Shown here in pieces: positions 51,415 through 61,688 of a stretch of 64,000 bases of DNA; positions within the stretch are counted from its first letter, which is position 1, and each line of letters begins with the position of its first letter. Both the position numbers and the translations under genes were made by a program. A model generated the notes under the pieces. The model saw only the letters and a program-made list of their open reading frames with translations, was not told where the DNA came from and did no database searches. The DNA is taken from positions 216,458 through 280,457 of the forward strand of contig CAVWFS010000015.1 in NCBI GenBank assembly GCA_963754315.1. Reading direction: 5' to 3'. This DNA is from an uncultured Candidatus Rokubacteria bacterium (GTDB lineage: Bacteria; Methylomirabilota; Methylomirabilia; Rokubacteriales; CSP1-6).

Positions 51415-54400
51415 CCGGCCCCCGCGCCGCGTGCCTGATTCTGGCCCTGGCCGCGATCCTCGTGCTGGCGGTCCCCGACGCCGCCGTCGGCGCCTCCTGC
51501 ACAGTACGCCGGACATTCCGCTCCGGCAGCCGCCCGCTCGGCGGGGCCGTGCTGTGGTCGTCAACCTCCGATCCTACGATCCCAACACGCTCGTGCTGGG
51601 CCTCGGCGAGCACGTCTGACGTGACTCGACTGCCCGGCTCCCATTCAAACCCGTGGGCCATCCCCGTGGCCCCGGGTGCCGCATTGGTGTTCCTCGGTCA
51701 CGACACCGAGATCGGGCACGACCTCGCTCGTCTCCCCGTGGGGAGCGGTGAACGTGCCGACGCCCGGCCGGCGCCCATTGACGTCAATCCCCGGACATGG
51801 GGGCGGTGGCAGTACTGGGGAACCACGACGGGTGTGGCCGTGGTGGATCCGGCTGACCCTGCTGAGCAGCTACGCGTCGTGCCGTCACTGTGTCATGCCA
51901 CACCCGAGCGAACGACCCGACCCGATGCGTCCTTCCGGGCCTGCCCGACATCTGTCGTTGGCTTCGTCGGGCAAGTCACGGGCGCCACGCTGGTGAATGT
52001 CGAGCTTCAGCGGGAATGGCAACGGCTACGACTTCAGCGACTCCGACCTCAGCGGCTCCACCTTCGCGGCTCCCTCGAGCGCGCCACCTTCAACAACGTC
52101 ACGGTGCCAGCACCAGCTTCTCCCGCGCAGTTCGAACCTGGCGCCACGTCGACCTTCGGGGCGCAACGTTCGACTCGTTGCAGTTCGGCGCGCAGTTCCT
52201 TCCCCTCCCCTTACCCCCGCATCGGTCGGTGCAGGACTCGCTCCCAGCTTCGACGGCGCCTTGCTCGGCGCTCCTTCCCGGCGGCGGGCGAGGGGTTCAG
52301 GTGCACCAGCTTCGCGAACACGAACCTCGTTCTGGCCTCCTTCGTCGTCGCTGACGTGGGAGGGGGATGCACGGGTGCTCCATTGTTCCCGGACAGCCAG
52401 ATCGCGCTGGCGCATCTTCGGCGCTCTTCGTCGACGCCAACGCCGCCAAGAGCGGTCGACCTCTCGGGCGCAACGGTGGTGGCCTCGGCCGACGACCGCG
52501 CAGCCCTGGCCGGGGCCGACCTGAGCGGCGTGAACCTGTCCGGCGTCGAATTTCTCGGCGAGGCGTCTCGACCTCACCGGCACCAGGTTCGACGGCGCCA
52601 ACCTCAGCCGGAGCCAACTTCGGGCTGGCGCGCCTGGCCGGCGCCACCTTTCCAACGTCAGTGCCGCCGGGGCCTCCTTCAACTGTACGCCGACCTGTCG
52701 GGGGACAGCACCCACTCCGGCGCCAACTTCTCGGGGCCGCACACCAACCTGCAGGGCGCCAACTTCGTGAACGCCAACGTGAGCGGCGCCAAGTTCGTCG
52801 GCGCCGACATCAGCCGGCGCCAACTTCATCGGGGCCCTGGGCGTCGACACCGATTTCAGCGGCGTCACGGCACCCGGCGCCATCTTTTCCCGGGCCCACA
52901 TCTACGGCAACGGCAACGCCTTCCACGACGCCACCGATCTGCAAGGACATCGACTTCATCGGCGCGGTGCTGGCCGGCGACGCCAGCGTGAGTGGCGGGT
53001 TCGACTTCACCGGCGCGCCAGCTGCAGGACGCCAACTTCGACGGCGCCGTGTGCGTGGCCTGCAACCTGACCAACGCCAGGCTCGACGGCGCCAGCTTCA
53101 CCGGCGCCTACCTCCCGGGTGTCACCCTGTCGGGGCCACGCTCGATGAGCGCCGACTTCGACCGCGCCTGGCTCTACTGCGGTGGCCTGACCAACTCGAC
53201 AGTGCGACGCGGCTGCCCAGGAGTCCAGCCGCCGCACTGGGACTGGCCGCTCGCCCTGGGCTCGGGCGAAGCGTTCGGCCCGGTGCCGTTTGGCCGCTAC
53301 CAATCTGACCGCGTGCAACTGTTCGATGACGTCAGCACCTGCCCGGACGGAGCAGCCGGGCGAACGGCCCCTGCGGCCTGCTGGTGGACCGAGGCCGAGC
53401 CCCCGGGTTCCGATTCCGGCGCCCTGCTCGGCGGCGGCCCGCGGGACCTGCCCGACCCCCACGTCCACACTGCTCGAACCTCCGCCAGCGTCCCGATCCC
53501 CCGAGCCCAGTCCCCTCGCCATGGTGCCCGCCGCGCCGCCGACCTGGAACACCACGCTGTCCACCGAGGGCTACTACGTCGCCTTCGACGATGGCGACCA
53601 TCCGGCTGATCGGCGATGAGTCGGCCACGATCGTCGCCGGGACCCCGGGCACGAAGTGCGCCGACGGCACGCGCCCTGCGGCGACGGCGGGCCGGCCACG
53701 GCGGCGCTGCTGGGCAGCCCAGCGGGCTGGCCGTCGGCCTCGACGGGTCGCTGTACATCGCCGACTCCGGCCTCTTCCGGGTGCGCGTCATCGACCCGTC
53801 CGGCATCATCACCACCGTCGCCGGCACCGGCGAGCAGTGCCCGGCACCTTGCCAGGCGATGATTGGGCCCGCCACCAGCCAAGCGGCTCGCCGCCGCCAA
53901 TGGCGTCGCGGTCGATACCCACGGCGTCCTGTCCTGATTGCCGACGGCGATCGCCGGCGTGCGGCGCGTGGCGCGTGGACGGCACCATCAGCACGTGGCG
54001 CCTGGCACGGCAACCGGCATCCGTGTCGGTCACGGTGAGCGCCAACGGCAAGATCTACGCCGCCACCCGCTCCCCGGACTCGATCATCGAGATGGATCTC
54101 GTCCACCCGCTCCGTCACGCAGCCGTGGTTGGCACCGGCACCTCCGGCTACAACGGCAGCACCGATCGGTCCAGATCGACCGCTGCCCGGTACCCAGGTC
54201 CAGGTGAACCAGCCGGTCGGGCTCTCCGTCGACCTCGACGGCAAGGTGCTGTTCGCCGACACCGCCAACAATCTGATCCGCGCCTACGTGCCCTCCAGGG
54301 GCTTCGTCATCGACGACCTCGCCGGCCAGGTCGTCGACAACGACGCCCCAGCGTGGCTACAACGGGGACGGACATTCGGCCACCGATACCCAGCTCAATC

Positions 54401-54801
54401 GGCCGCTGGGCGTGGCGGCCACCCGCAGCGCGGTCCTCGTCATCGCCGATACCGCCAACCAGCGCGTGCTCCAGGTCGGGCCCGTCGGGGCCCGCCAGCT
54501 CCGAGGTGGCGGTCTCGTGCCGGACGGGGCCTACCTGGTCCTGCCGGCGCCTCCCGGCCCCGCCGGCCTCCGTCGCCGCCGAGAGCACCGGTGCCGTCAC
54601 CGATCAGCCAGGAGGGCGGCGTGTTCGCCACGGGCCGGTCGTTTTTCCTCGCGCGGGAGCCGCCTCCGGCTCCATGTCATCGAGCATCAGCCGCTCGTTC
54701 CCGGCCGCTACGACCTCGTCATCACCCAGGCCGGGCGGCCACAGCAACAGACGATCTGGATCGACCAGGCGCCTGACGTCACCGAGCGGGGCCGGCCGTA
54801 G
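51411..54801 (+). CDS. Large secreted pentapeptide-repeat + NHL-repeat protein (many frameshifts)
   Basis: Signal peptide; AGADLSGVNLSG, LQGANFVNANVSGAKF, LTNARLDGASFTGAYL; NHL-like GLAVGLDGSLYIADSGLFRVRVIDPSG. Confidence 0.7.
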
Positions 54802-54822
54802 GAGACCCGCGTGCGCTCCTAG

Positions 54823-54969
54823 CGATTCGGAACCTGGACGAGAGGGCGCATCGGGAACTGAAGGCGCGGGCAGCCCTGAGCGGGAAGAACATCGGCGAGC
54901 TGGTGACGGAGGTCACGACCGGGCTCCTGGCTCGCCGCGGTCTCGACGGCGCGGCGCGGATCGCCGCCA
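54823..54969 (+). pseudogene. Internally deleted relic of the 39434-40085 VapBC module
   Basis: Matches 39444-39533 joined via GAGG microhomology to 39816-39876. Confidence 0.9.
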
Positions 54970-55016
54970 GAGAACTTCACCTTGAACAATGTGGTCACGT
55001 GTGGTCTCATGGAGGG

Positions 55017-55313
55017 GTGACGAGTGTCGGCATTCGCGAACTGAAGACCCGGCTTTCTTCCTACGTCCGCCGCGTGCGACGGGGCGAAGTCATACGCGTG
55101 ACCGATCGTGGAGAAGTCGTGGCGGAGCTCCGACCCCCGTCCTCGGCGCAACGGGTGCCCGTCGAGCTGGCGGGTCTTCACGAGCTTGCCAGCCGAGGCG
55201 CGCTACGGCTCGGCAAGAGCAACAGAGGCATGCGCTATCCGCGCTCGCCCGTGCGGCTATCCGAAGGGACGGCCAAGGCCACGCTCGACGCCGAGCGTGA
55301 GGACTCCGGTTGA
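55017..55313 (+). CDS. Phd/YefM-family antitoxin
   Basis: VGIRELKTRLSSYVRRVRRGEVIRVTDRGEVVAEL; upstream GTGGTCAC/GTGGTCTC repeats. Confidence 0.9.
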   Translation: MTSVGIRELKTRLSSYVRRVRRGEVIRVTDRGEVVAELRPPSSAQRVPVELAGLHELASRGALRLGKSNRGMRYPRSPVRLSEGTAKATLDAEREDSG

Positions 55314-55735
55314 CGCTCTACGCGGAAACGAGCGCGCTTCTCTCGTGGTTCTTCAGTGAAGCGCGCGGCGACGACGTCCGCCGCGCGCTGGACGGTGCGT
55401 CCGCGGTTGTCACGTCGGAGCTGGTGGCGTTCGAGGTGGAGCGCGCGCTCATTCGCAACATCGTGGAGGGGCGTCTCAGCGAGACCGCAGCCGCGCGGGT
55501 CCGTGCCCTGACGACTCGCGTCATGTCGGGATGGTCGGTCGTCGCCATCACCTCGGCGGTCCTCGCGTCCGGACGGTCCCGCTTCCCGAAGGAGCCCGTC
55601 CGGGCACTCGACGCGATTCACCTGGGAACGCTTCTCGTCACCCGGACGTCTGTCCCTGACCTGCAGGTGCTGAGCCTCGACGACCGCGTCCGCGACAATG
55701 CGCGGCTGCTCGGTTTCACGGTATTGCCGTCGTGA
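55310..55735 (+). CDS. vapC: VapC PIN-domain toxin
   Basis: LYAETSALL, VRALDAIHL, SLDDRVR. Confidence 0.88.
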   Translation: MTLYAETSALLSWFFSEARGDDVRRALDGASAVVTSELVAFEVERALIRNIVEGRLSETAAARVRALTTRVMSGWSVVAITSAVLASGRSRFPKEPVRALDAIHLGTLLVTRTSVPDLQVLSLDDRVRDNARLLGFTVLPS

Positions 55736-55965
55736 GCGTCATGCTTGCTCGACGGTGAGCTCGCACGTCCGAGCCCTCGGGCCGAATCAGCGTAGATGTT
55801 GAGAAATCAAAGCCTGACCCCAGATCTCATAACGCCCTTCAGATCTGGGCGGCCGGTACCGGCCGCCGACAATCACGGCGTGAACGTGTAGCCAGGCCGA
55901 GGATGCGGCGGGGCTGGGCCTAGCCGTCCGGCTCGGGAATCAGCACGCTGGGACGGAGGGGGCAC

Positions 55966-56210
55966 GTGTCCGATCCGCGGCCGGGTACCGACCGGACGTA
56001 CCGGATAGACGATGAATGGAGCCGCGCCGTGTTGGCCCGCCGCCCCGGCGAGGTGGCCGCGTTCCTCGCGCCGTATCTGCGAGCAGGGATGCGGCTCATC
56101 GACTGCGGGTGCGGTCCCGGCTCGATCACCGCGACCTCGCTCGCACGGTGGCGCCAGCCGAGGCGATCGGCATCGACCTCCGAGAGGACGCCCTGACGCA
56201 GGGGCGCACC
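55966..56210 (+). pseudogene. N-terminal fragment of a class I SAM-dependent methyltransferase
   Basis: LRAGMRLIDCGCGPGSIT, then shifted DLARTVAPAEAIGIDL; no C-terminal half. Confidence 0.75.
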
Positions 56211-56298
56211 GGCAATCGGCTGGGCCTGAGCCGGAGCGTCGGAGTTTCACACCGATCGGATGGCGGGCCAGCGACGGACGAGTCGCTATACTGCTTCC

Positions 56299-56748
56299 GT
56301 GACGCTCGATCAGGCGAATTTCCAGGCTCGGATCCGTCTCGCCTTGACCGGCGGGCCGCCGCTACGTCTGGCTCTCCTCTTCGGCTCGGGCGCGCGCTCG
56401 GAGCTGCGCGCCGACAGTGACGTCGACGTCGGGATCATCCCTCGCGATCCTGATCTGACCCTCGTCGCCGAGCTCGATCTTCAGGTGCGCCTGGAGCGGG
56501 CGTGCGGGCGCGACAGTCGATCTCGTCCGGCTCGATCGGGCCTCGACGCTCCTGCGATGGGAGGCGGCTCGCGCGGGGTCCTCGTGCTCGCGGACCCTCC
56601 CCACGAGTTTCCTCGCTTCGTGGCCACGTCGGCCATCGAGCACGCGGACCTCATGACGACCCTGGCGCCCGCGGCGGCGCGCTTTCGGCAGCGGCTGGCC
56701 GAACGCGACCAATCGCCGACGGCGCATGGCGGCCGGCCGTCACCATGA
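56299..56748 (+). CDS. MntA nucleotidyltransferase antitoxin (compensating frameshifts)
   Basis: ALLFGSGAR..DSDVDVGI; VDLVRLDRASTLLRWE in a shifted frame. Confidence 0.8.
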   Translation: MTLDQANFQARIRLALTGGPPLRLALLFGSGARSELRADSDVDVGIIPRDPDLTLVAELDLQVRLERACGRDSRSRPARSGLDAPAMGGGSRGVLVLADPPHEFPRFVATSAIEHADLMTTLAPAAARFRQRLAERDQSPTAHGGRPSP

Positions 56749-56960
56749 CGGACGCCGTCCTCGTTCTGCGCAAGCTGGCGACGGTCATTGCAGAGGCGAT
56801 CAACCCCGACTGCGGGACACGATTCTGGCCGAAGCTCTCCATGCCCCGGGACTCTAAGGTCTATCTGGAGGACATCCTCGAGGCCATCGCGCGTCGAGAC
56901 ATCGTGGAGAACAAGCTGCCCGGTCTTGAAGCCGCGGTGCGCTCGCTCGTCCATCGCTGA
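56745..56960 (+). pseudogene. Telescoped relics: HepT start, second MNT C-terminus, internally deleted DUF86
   Basis: MTDAVLVLRKLA / PRLRDTILAEALHAPGL* / MPRDSKVYLEDILEAIAR fused to DIVENKLPGLEAAVRSL. Confidence 0.75.
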
Positions 56961-57009
56961 CTCGTCCTGAGCGTACGGAACGACCCGGGCTGCTGTGAGC
57001 GGGCGAAGC

Positions 57010-57083
57010 GGCCGCTGGACATCTTCCTCGTCCCGGCCCGGAGGGGCTCGAGCGGCTTCACCTACGAGGCGGTCTTCACCTGA
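57010..57083 (+). pseudogene. C-terminal fragment resembling the DUF6916 family
   Basis: PLDIFLVPARRGSSGFTYEAVFT*, overlapping the convergent GNAT stop. Confidence 0.6.
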
Positions 57084-57583
57084 GGCGGCGTCCAGCGCAT
57101 GAGGAGGTAGACGCCGTTGGTGTCGACGTGCTCGAACCCGAGCCGCCGGTAGAGGCGGAGCGCCGGGTTGAAGGACTCGACGTGGATGGTCACGGGCTTG
57201 CCGGCGGCCGAGCCGCGGTCCATCACCTGGCGTAGCAACGTCGAGCCGATCCCGGCGCCTCGACACTCCGGCAGCAGCGCGATATCCACAAGCCGAATCT
57301 GATCGCGCCATTCATCGATCCATAGCCGTCCCACCGACACACCGTCATGCTCGATGATGTTGCGCTCGCAGGTCGGATAGTGAATGCCGTAGTGCGTGAA
57401 CTGCGCAGCGAACTGCTGGTCGAGGAACGCGTGCTTCTGTGCCTCGTCGAACGGGAAGTGGGCCATCTCTGCTTCGCGCGTCGAGGCGTAAAGATCGCGC
57501 ATGAAATCGTAGTCGGCGTCTGTGGCGGGGCGGAGGGCGATGGCCCCGCCGGTGGCGCGATCGTCGTCTTCGGGACTCGTCAT
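57062..57583 (-). CDS. GNAT N-acetyltransferase
   Basis: LRDLYASTR-like start, QQFAAQ, LVDIALLPECRGAGIG, IHVESFNPALRLYRRLGF. Confidence 0.92.
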   Translation of the reverse strand: MTSPEDDDRATGGAIALRPATDADYDFMRDLYASTREAEMAHFPFDEAQKHAFLDQQFAAQFTHYGIHYPTCERNIIEHDGVSVGRLWIDEWRDQIRLVDIALLPECRGAGIGSTLLRQVMDRGSAAGKPVTIHVESFNPALRLYRRLGFEHVDTNGVYLLMRWTPPQVKTAS

Positions 57584-57693
57584 CAGCGGCCATCCTACGC
57601 CTGCCCCGGCTCAGTCCTCACGTGGTCCTCGAGCTTGACTTGCCTGGCGGGCTCCGCGTCGGCTCTTGACGGTGACCTGACCGATGCTCGACA

Positions 57694-57712
57694 ATGTTGA
57701 AGATTTCAACAT
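57694..57712. promoter_or_regulatory. Inverted repeat, probable TA autoregulatory operator
   Basis: ATGTTGAA-gat-TTCAACAT, ending 23 nt before the antitoxin start. Confidence 0.65.
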
Positions 57713-57735
57713 CGAGTCGTGTGGGGAGATGAGAC

Positions 57736-57969
57736 ATGGCCACGATGAACTTCAGCGTCCCGGAGGACGTGCGGGCGGCGTTCAACAAGGCCTTCGCTGG
57801 CACCAACAAAAGCTCGGTCTTGACGCAGCTCATGCGTCAAGCGGTGGAGGAGCGCCGGCGCCAGAAGCGCCGCGCGCGTGCCATCTCGCGGCTGCTCGAG
57901 TTACGCATCCAGCTCACCCCCGTGAGCCAACGCCAGGTCACGAGAGCGAGGCGGAGCCAGCGTCCGTGA
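57736..57969 (+). CDS. RHH antitoxin (VapB-like)
   Basis: MATMNFSVPEDVRAAFNKAF..NKSSVLTQLMRQAV; GTGA overlap with toxin. Confidence 0.85.
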   Translation: MATMNFSVPEDVRAAFNKAFAGTNKSSVLTQLMRQAVEERRRQKRRARAISRLLELRIQLTPVSQRQVTRARRSQRP

Positions 57970-58388
57970 CGGCGCTGGCCGTGGACGCCAGCGTGACGCT
58001 GAAGTGGCTCTTCCCCCACCGCGATGGCGAAGCCCACGTGGGACAAGCCCTAACCGTGCTCGGGCACATCAAGAACGGCCGGGTGTCGGTCGTACAGCCT
58101 CCGCACTGGCTGGCGGAAGTGGCGGCGGTGGTGTCGCGCCTCGAGCCGCGAAGGGCCTCGGAGGTGATCGACGTCCTCCATGCCATGGAATTCGCCGTGT
58201 CCGACGGAGCCGAGGTCTACCAGCGCGCGTGCGTGCTGGCGGTTGCCCTGAGGCAGCACCTCTTCGACACCCTCTATCACGCGGTGGCGCTGTCGCAGCC
58301 CGACGGCGTTCTCGTGACCGCGGATGAGCAGTACTATCGCCGCGCGGTCAGCGCCGGTCGGGTCACCCTCCTCCGCGACTACCGGTGA
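57966..58388 (+). CDS. vapC: VapC PIN-domain toxin
   Basis: AVDASVTLKWL, WLAEVAA, LFDTLYHAVA, LVTADE. Confidence 0.9.
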   Translation: MTALAVDASVTLKWLFPHRDGEAHVGQALTVLGHIKNGRVSVVQPPHWLAEVAAVVSRLEPRRASEVIDVLHAMEFAVSDGAEVYQRACVLAVALRQHLFDTLYHAVALSQPDGVLVTADEQYYRRAVSAGRVTLLRDYR

Positions 58389-58434
58389 GCTCCATCGCAG
58401 GCCCGCGTTGAGCACGGCGGTCGCGTCGAGGCCA

Positions 58435-58603
58435 CCGACTTCTGGGCCTCGTCGAACGGGAAGTGAGCCATCTCGGCTGCGCGGGTCGAGGCATAGAGGC
58501 CGCGCATGAAACCGTAGTCCGCCTCTGTGGCGGGACGGAGGGTGATCGGCCCCCCGCGGCGCGATCGTGGTCTTCGGAAATCGCCGTCGTCAGCGACGTC
58601 CAT
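58435..58603 (-). pseudogene. 5' fragment of a diverged copy of the 57062-57583 GNAT
   Basis: LRPATEADYGFMRGLYASTRAAEMAHFPFDEAQK versus LRPATDADYDFMRDLYASTREAEMAHFPFDEAQK. Confidence 0.88.
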
Positions 58604-59743
58604 GAGCAGTGAGCCGGAGAGCTTCGGTCAGGCCGCGAAGTGACACATGGCGGACCATGAGCTTGCCGTAGCGGCGCGTCGACCCGGAGCCTGCGTCGGC
58701 GCTCACCACGTAGTTCCGTCCCTCGGGGTAGCGGTTGCGAAAGGCGGCCAGCCCCCCCGGATCGAAACCGGCCGCTGACCACTTGCACTCGATCGCCGGA
58801 CCGGCTTCCCGCGGGCGGCCAGCACGAAGTCGATCTCGTTTCCGTGCTTGCTGCGCCAGTAGTAGACCGTCCGCGTGCCGATGCGCGCGTGTAGCTCGTT
58901 GAGGACGAGGTGCTCCACAGGGGGCCCAGGTCATCGCGTCGGAGCTCATGCCATCCGCGGTGGTAACAGACGAAGCCGGTATCGAAGCCATACGCCTTGG
59001 GCGCCGAGAGGATCTCGGCGGCGCCGCCCCCGGCGAACGGACGGACGAGGTGGACGACGAAGGTCGCCTCCAGCACCGCCACATAGTTCGCCACCGTCGT
59101 TCGGCTCACCTCGCAGGCGCGGGCGAACGCGGTCGCCTCGAAGAGCCCGCCACTCTGGGCCATCAGCAGTTCCACCAGGCGCTGGAACGAGTGGCGGCGC
59201 TCGAGGCGGAATAGCTCGAGGATGTCCTTGGCCCAATAGGCGTCAGCCATTCCTGAAACTCGCGCTCCGGGAGGTGGGTCGGCGGAAGAACGGCGGCAGT
59301 CCTCCGCGGAGAAGCCGATAACCGGACGTCGGGCTGCGCGAAGTCATCGAGATCGTCGAGGGTCATGGGGGTGAGCCACACTTTTCCTTCCGTCCCGCCA
59401 AGGTGTCGCGGAACCGCGCCGAGGCTCCGAGCGTTGACGAGCCCGTGGCCAGGATCTTCACGTCGGGGAAGTGGTCGGCCGCGAGCTTGAGGATCTCGGC
59501 GGGGTTCGGCAAGCGATGGATCTCGTCGAGGACAAGCCGCCGTCCCCGATGGTCGCCCAGAAAGCTCTCCGGATCCTCGAGGAGGCGGCGGACGCGGGGG
59601 AGCTCGCAGTCGTAGTAACGGATGTCGGGAAGCGACTGACCGAGCACGGTCTTGCCGGCCCGGCGCACCCCCATCAGCCACACGACGGAGCGACGGCGCC
59701 ACGCGTCCTCGATGCGACGCCGCCAGAAGGTGCGTGTCACCAT
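58590..59743 (-). CDS. AAA_14 ATPase with DUF4143 domain (frameshifted)
   Basis: GVRRAGKT, LDEIHR, ATGSS, PKAYGFDTG, YWRSKHGNEIDFV, AIECKWS spread over several frames. Confidence 0.85.
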
Positions 59744-59900
59744 GCCATCAGTTTTGCATTTGGATGAACTAAACGAAATCATGATGGCGTGGGGGCAGTC
59801 AGCTTCCGCACGTGACGCGCTCGAGGGACTGGGGCGCGTCTTCACCACTGACCGTCGCGGATTTCGGCGTCTTACTCGTGAGGCGCCCCCTGGCTCACGA

Positions 59901-59987
59901 ATGGTTCAGGCCATCCAGGAGTTGCAGGACGCGGGTATCGAGCCCGATCTCTGGAAGATCGAGGGACCCGATCGCGGCGAGGATTGC
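59901..59987 (+). repeat. Diverged fragment of the DUF2090 gene (matches 25506-25592)
   Basis: [22 protein letters not shown] identical at protein level; mainly third-position changes. Confidence 0.92.
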
Positions 59988-60050
59988 GGTCAGCTCGTCC
60001 GGACTCGTACATGTTGAAAGTGTACGGCGAAGACGTTATCTTCGGGACGC

Positions 60051-60362
60051 GTGAAGCTCCAGATCCAAGGCCTCGTCGGATTCCAGTGGGACCGCGGAAA
60101 CTGGCGGAAGTCGGAGCTGAAGCATGGGGTGGCGATCGCCGAGGCTCAAGAGGTGCTGCTCAACGAGCCTCTGTGCCAGGTGGACCCGCGCCACTCGGAC
60201 GACGAGCAGCGCTACGTGGCCCTGGGAACAACCAGCGAAGGACGGCGACTGTTCGTCTCGTTTACGATTCGGCGGAACCGCGTGCGCGTCATCTCAGCCC
60301 GGCCGATGAGCCGAAAGGAGCGAGCAATCTATGAAGAGGTCCAGAAAACGGAGCGAGGCTGA
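60051..60362 (+). CDS. brnT: BrnT toxin
   Basis: GFQWDRGNWRK..KHGV, HSDDEQRY, VRVISARPMSRKER. Confidence 0.92.
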   Translation: MKLQIQGLVGFQWDRGNWRKSELKHGVAIAEAQEVLLNEPLCQVDPRHSDDEQRYVALGTTSEGRRLFVSFTIRRNRVRVISARPMSRKERAIYEEVQKTERG

Positions 60363-60603
60363 GGTCGCCGAATATTGGCTGACGCACGACAGCGCGGCGG
60401 ATGTCGATTGGGCTACGCCCGGCGTGCGGCTCGAGTTCGACCCTGAGGTGGAGCGACCGACTCAGCCGGTCACGGTTCGTCTGCCGCGCCGCCTTCTGCA
60501 AGAACTCCGAGTGCTGGCGAAGGATCGTGACGTCCCCTACCAGTCCCTCATGAAGATGCTCCTGGCCGAGAAGGTGACGGAGTTGCGGCGCCGCGCCGGC
60601 TGA
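60331..60603 (+). CDS. BrnA/CopG-type antitoxin
   Basis: AEYWLTHDS, VTVRLP, DVPYQSLMKMLL. Confidence 0.88.
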   Translation: MKRSRKRSEAEVAEYWLTHDSAADVDWATPGVRLEFDPEVERPTQPVTVRLPRRLLQELRVLAKDRDVPYQSLMKMLLAEKVTELRRRAG

Positions 60604-60731
60604 GCCCCCGGGCATCTCGGACTCGGCCTAAGCCGCCGGGCCCTGCCGGACGCCGTTCTTGTTGTTTTTTCTATCCCCGGTCTGCTGCCCAAGCAGATCT
60701 AACCGGCTGACCACGAGCGATTCGGCGTCAC

Positions 60732-60943
60732 CTAGGAAGCGGTCTTCACCTGAGGCGGCGTCCAGCGCATGAGGAAGTAGACGCCGTTGGTGTCGACGTG
60801 CTCGAACGCGAGTCGTCGATAGAGGCCGAGCGCGGGGTTGTAGGCTTCCACGTGGATGGTCACGGGCTTGCCGGCGGTGGCCCCCCCGGTCCATGACCTG
60901 GCGCAGCAGCGCCGAGCCGATCCCCAGGCCGCGACATTCCGGG
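60732..60943 (-). pseudogene. 3' fragment of a diverged copy of the GNAT gene
   Basis: AGKPVTIHVEAYNPALGLYRRLAFEHVDTNGVYFLMRWTPPQVKTAS*, matching ~57062-57272. Confidence 0.9.
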
Positions 60944-60944
60944 A

Positions 60945-61241
60945 CGCTCTGGCAACATCAGCGGCCTCCGCAACGCCGCGATCGTCCACCTGACCAAGAC
61001 CCTCGCGGACGAGCTCGGCGCCCACGGTATCACCGTGAACCTGGTTCACCCCGGCCCCACCCGCACGGAGCGCACCGACGCGGAGACCGAGCGCCGCGCG
61101 GCCACCAACGCGATCCGGCGGATCGTCGATGCGTCGGAGATTGCCCATGTCGTAACGTTTCTGGCGTCGACGAAGGCTGCGAATGTCACGGGAGTGGCGA
61201 TCGACGCCAGCGGGGGGTCCATTCCGGTGATGTTCCAGTAG
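60945..61241 (+). pseudogene. C-terminal half of an SDR oxidoreductase
   Basis: NAAIVHLTKTLADELGAHGITVNLVHPG..EIAHVVTFLAS..VTGVAIDASGG; no Rossmann N-terminus. Confidence 0.82.
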
Positions 61242-61274
61242 GGGGAGGAGCTCGCCGCATTGACGCGCGGGTTC

Positions 61275-61688
61275 CTACCGCCTCGGCGGAGCGACGAAGT
61301 CGATGGTTTGCCGATCGTTCCGGCGGTAAACACTGAAGTCTCGCCGATCCACCGTCAGCACCTGACAACGAGGATGTAGCTCGCTCATGACCACGATGGC
61401 GGCGTCGGGCAGATCCATCTGCGCATAGCGCGCCATGAGGGTGCGCAGGCGCGGCCAGTGGGTCGAGACGTCGAAATCCAAACGAAGCGCATCGCGTTCG
61501 AGCAGTTGAAAGAGCGGATCGACGTCCAGTGCGTCCTCGCGCAGAAAGTACACCACCTCCGTGAGGACAGGTTCGCAGGTCAGCATCGGGGGGCGCACCT
61601 GCTTCATGAGGGAGACTGCCCAGGCGTGATGCCGGTCGTGCCGGTTCAGATAGGCGACGAGGGGACCCGTGTCGCAAATCGTGATCAC
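61275..61688 (-). CDS. vapC: VapC PIN-domain toxin
   Basis: ICDTGPLVA, VLTE, MDLPDAAIV, LTVDRRDFSVYR. Confidence 0.9.
   Translation of the reverse strand: MITICDTGPLVAYLNRHDRHHAWAVSLMKQVRPPMLTCEPVLTEVVYFLREDALDVDPLFQLLERDALRLDFDVSTHWPRLRTLMARYAQMDLPDAAIVVMSELHPRCQVLTVDRRDFSVYRRNDRQTIDFVAPPRR

Noticed and set aside
57062..57583. GNAT as an AtaT/TacT-type toxin
   Set aside because: No upstream co-oriented DUF1778 antitoxin; the adjacent RHH gene is divergent and coupled to VapC.
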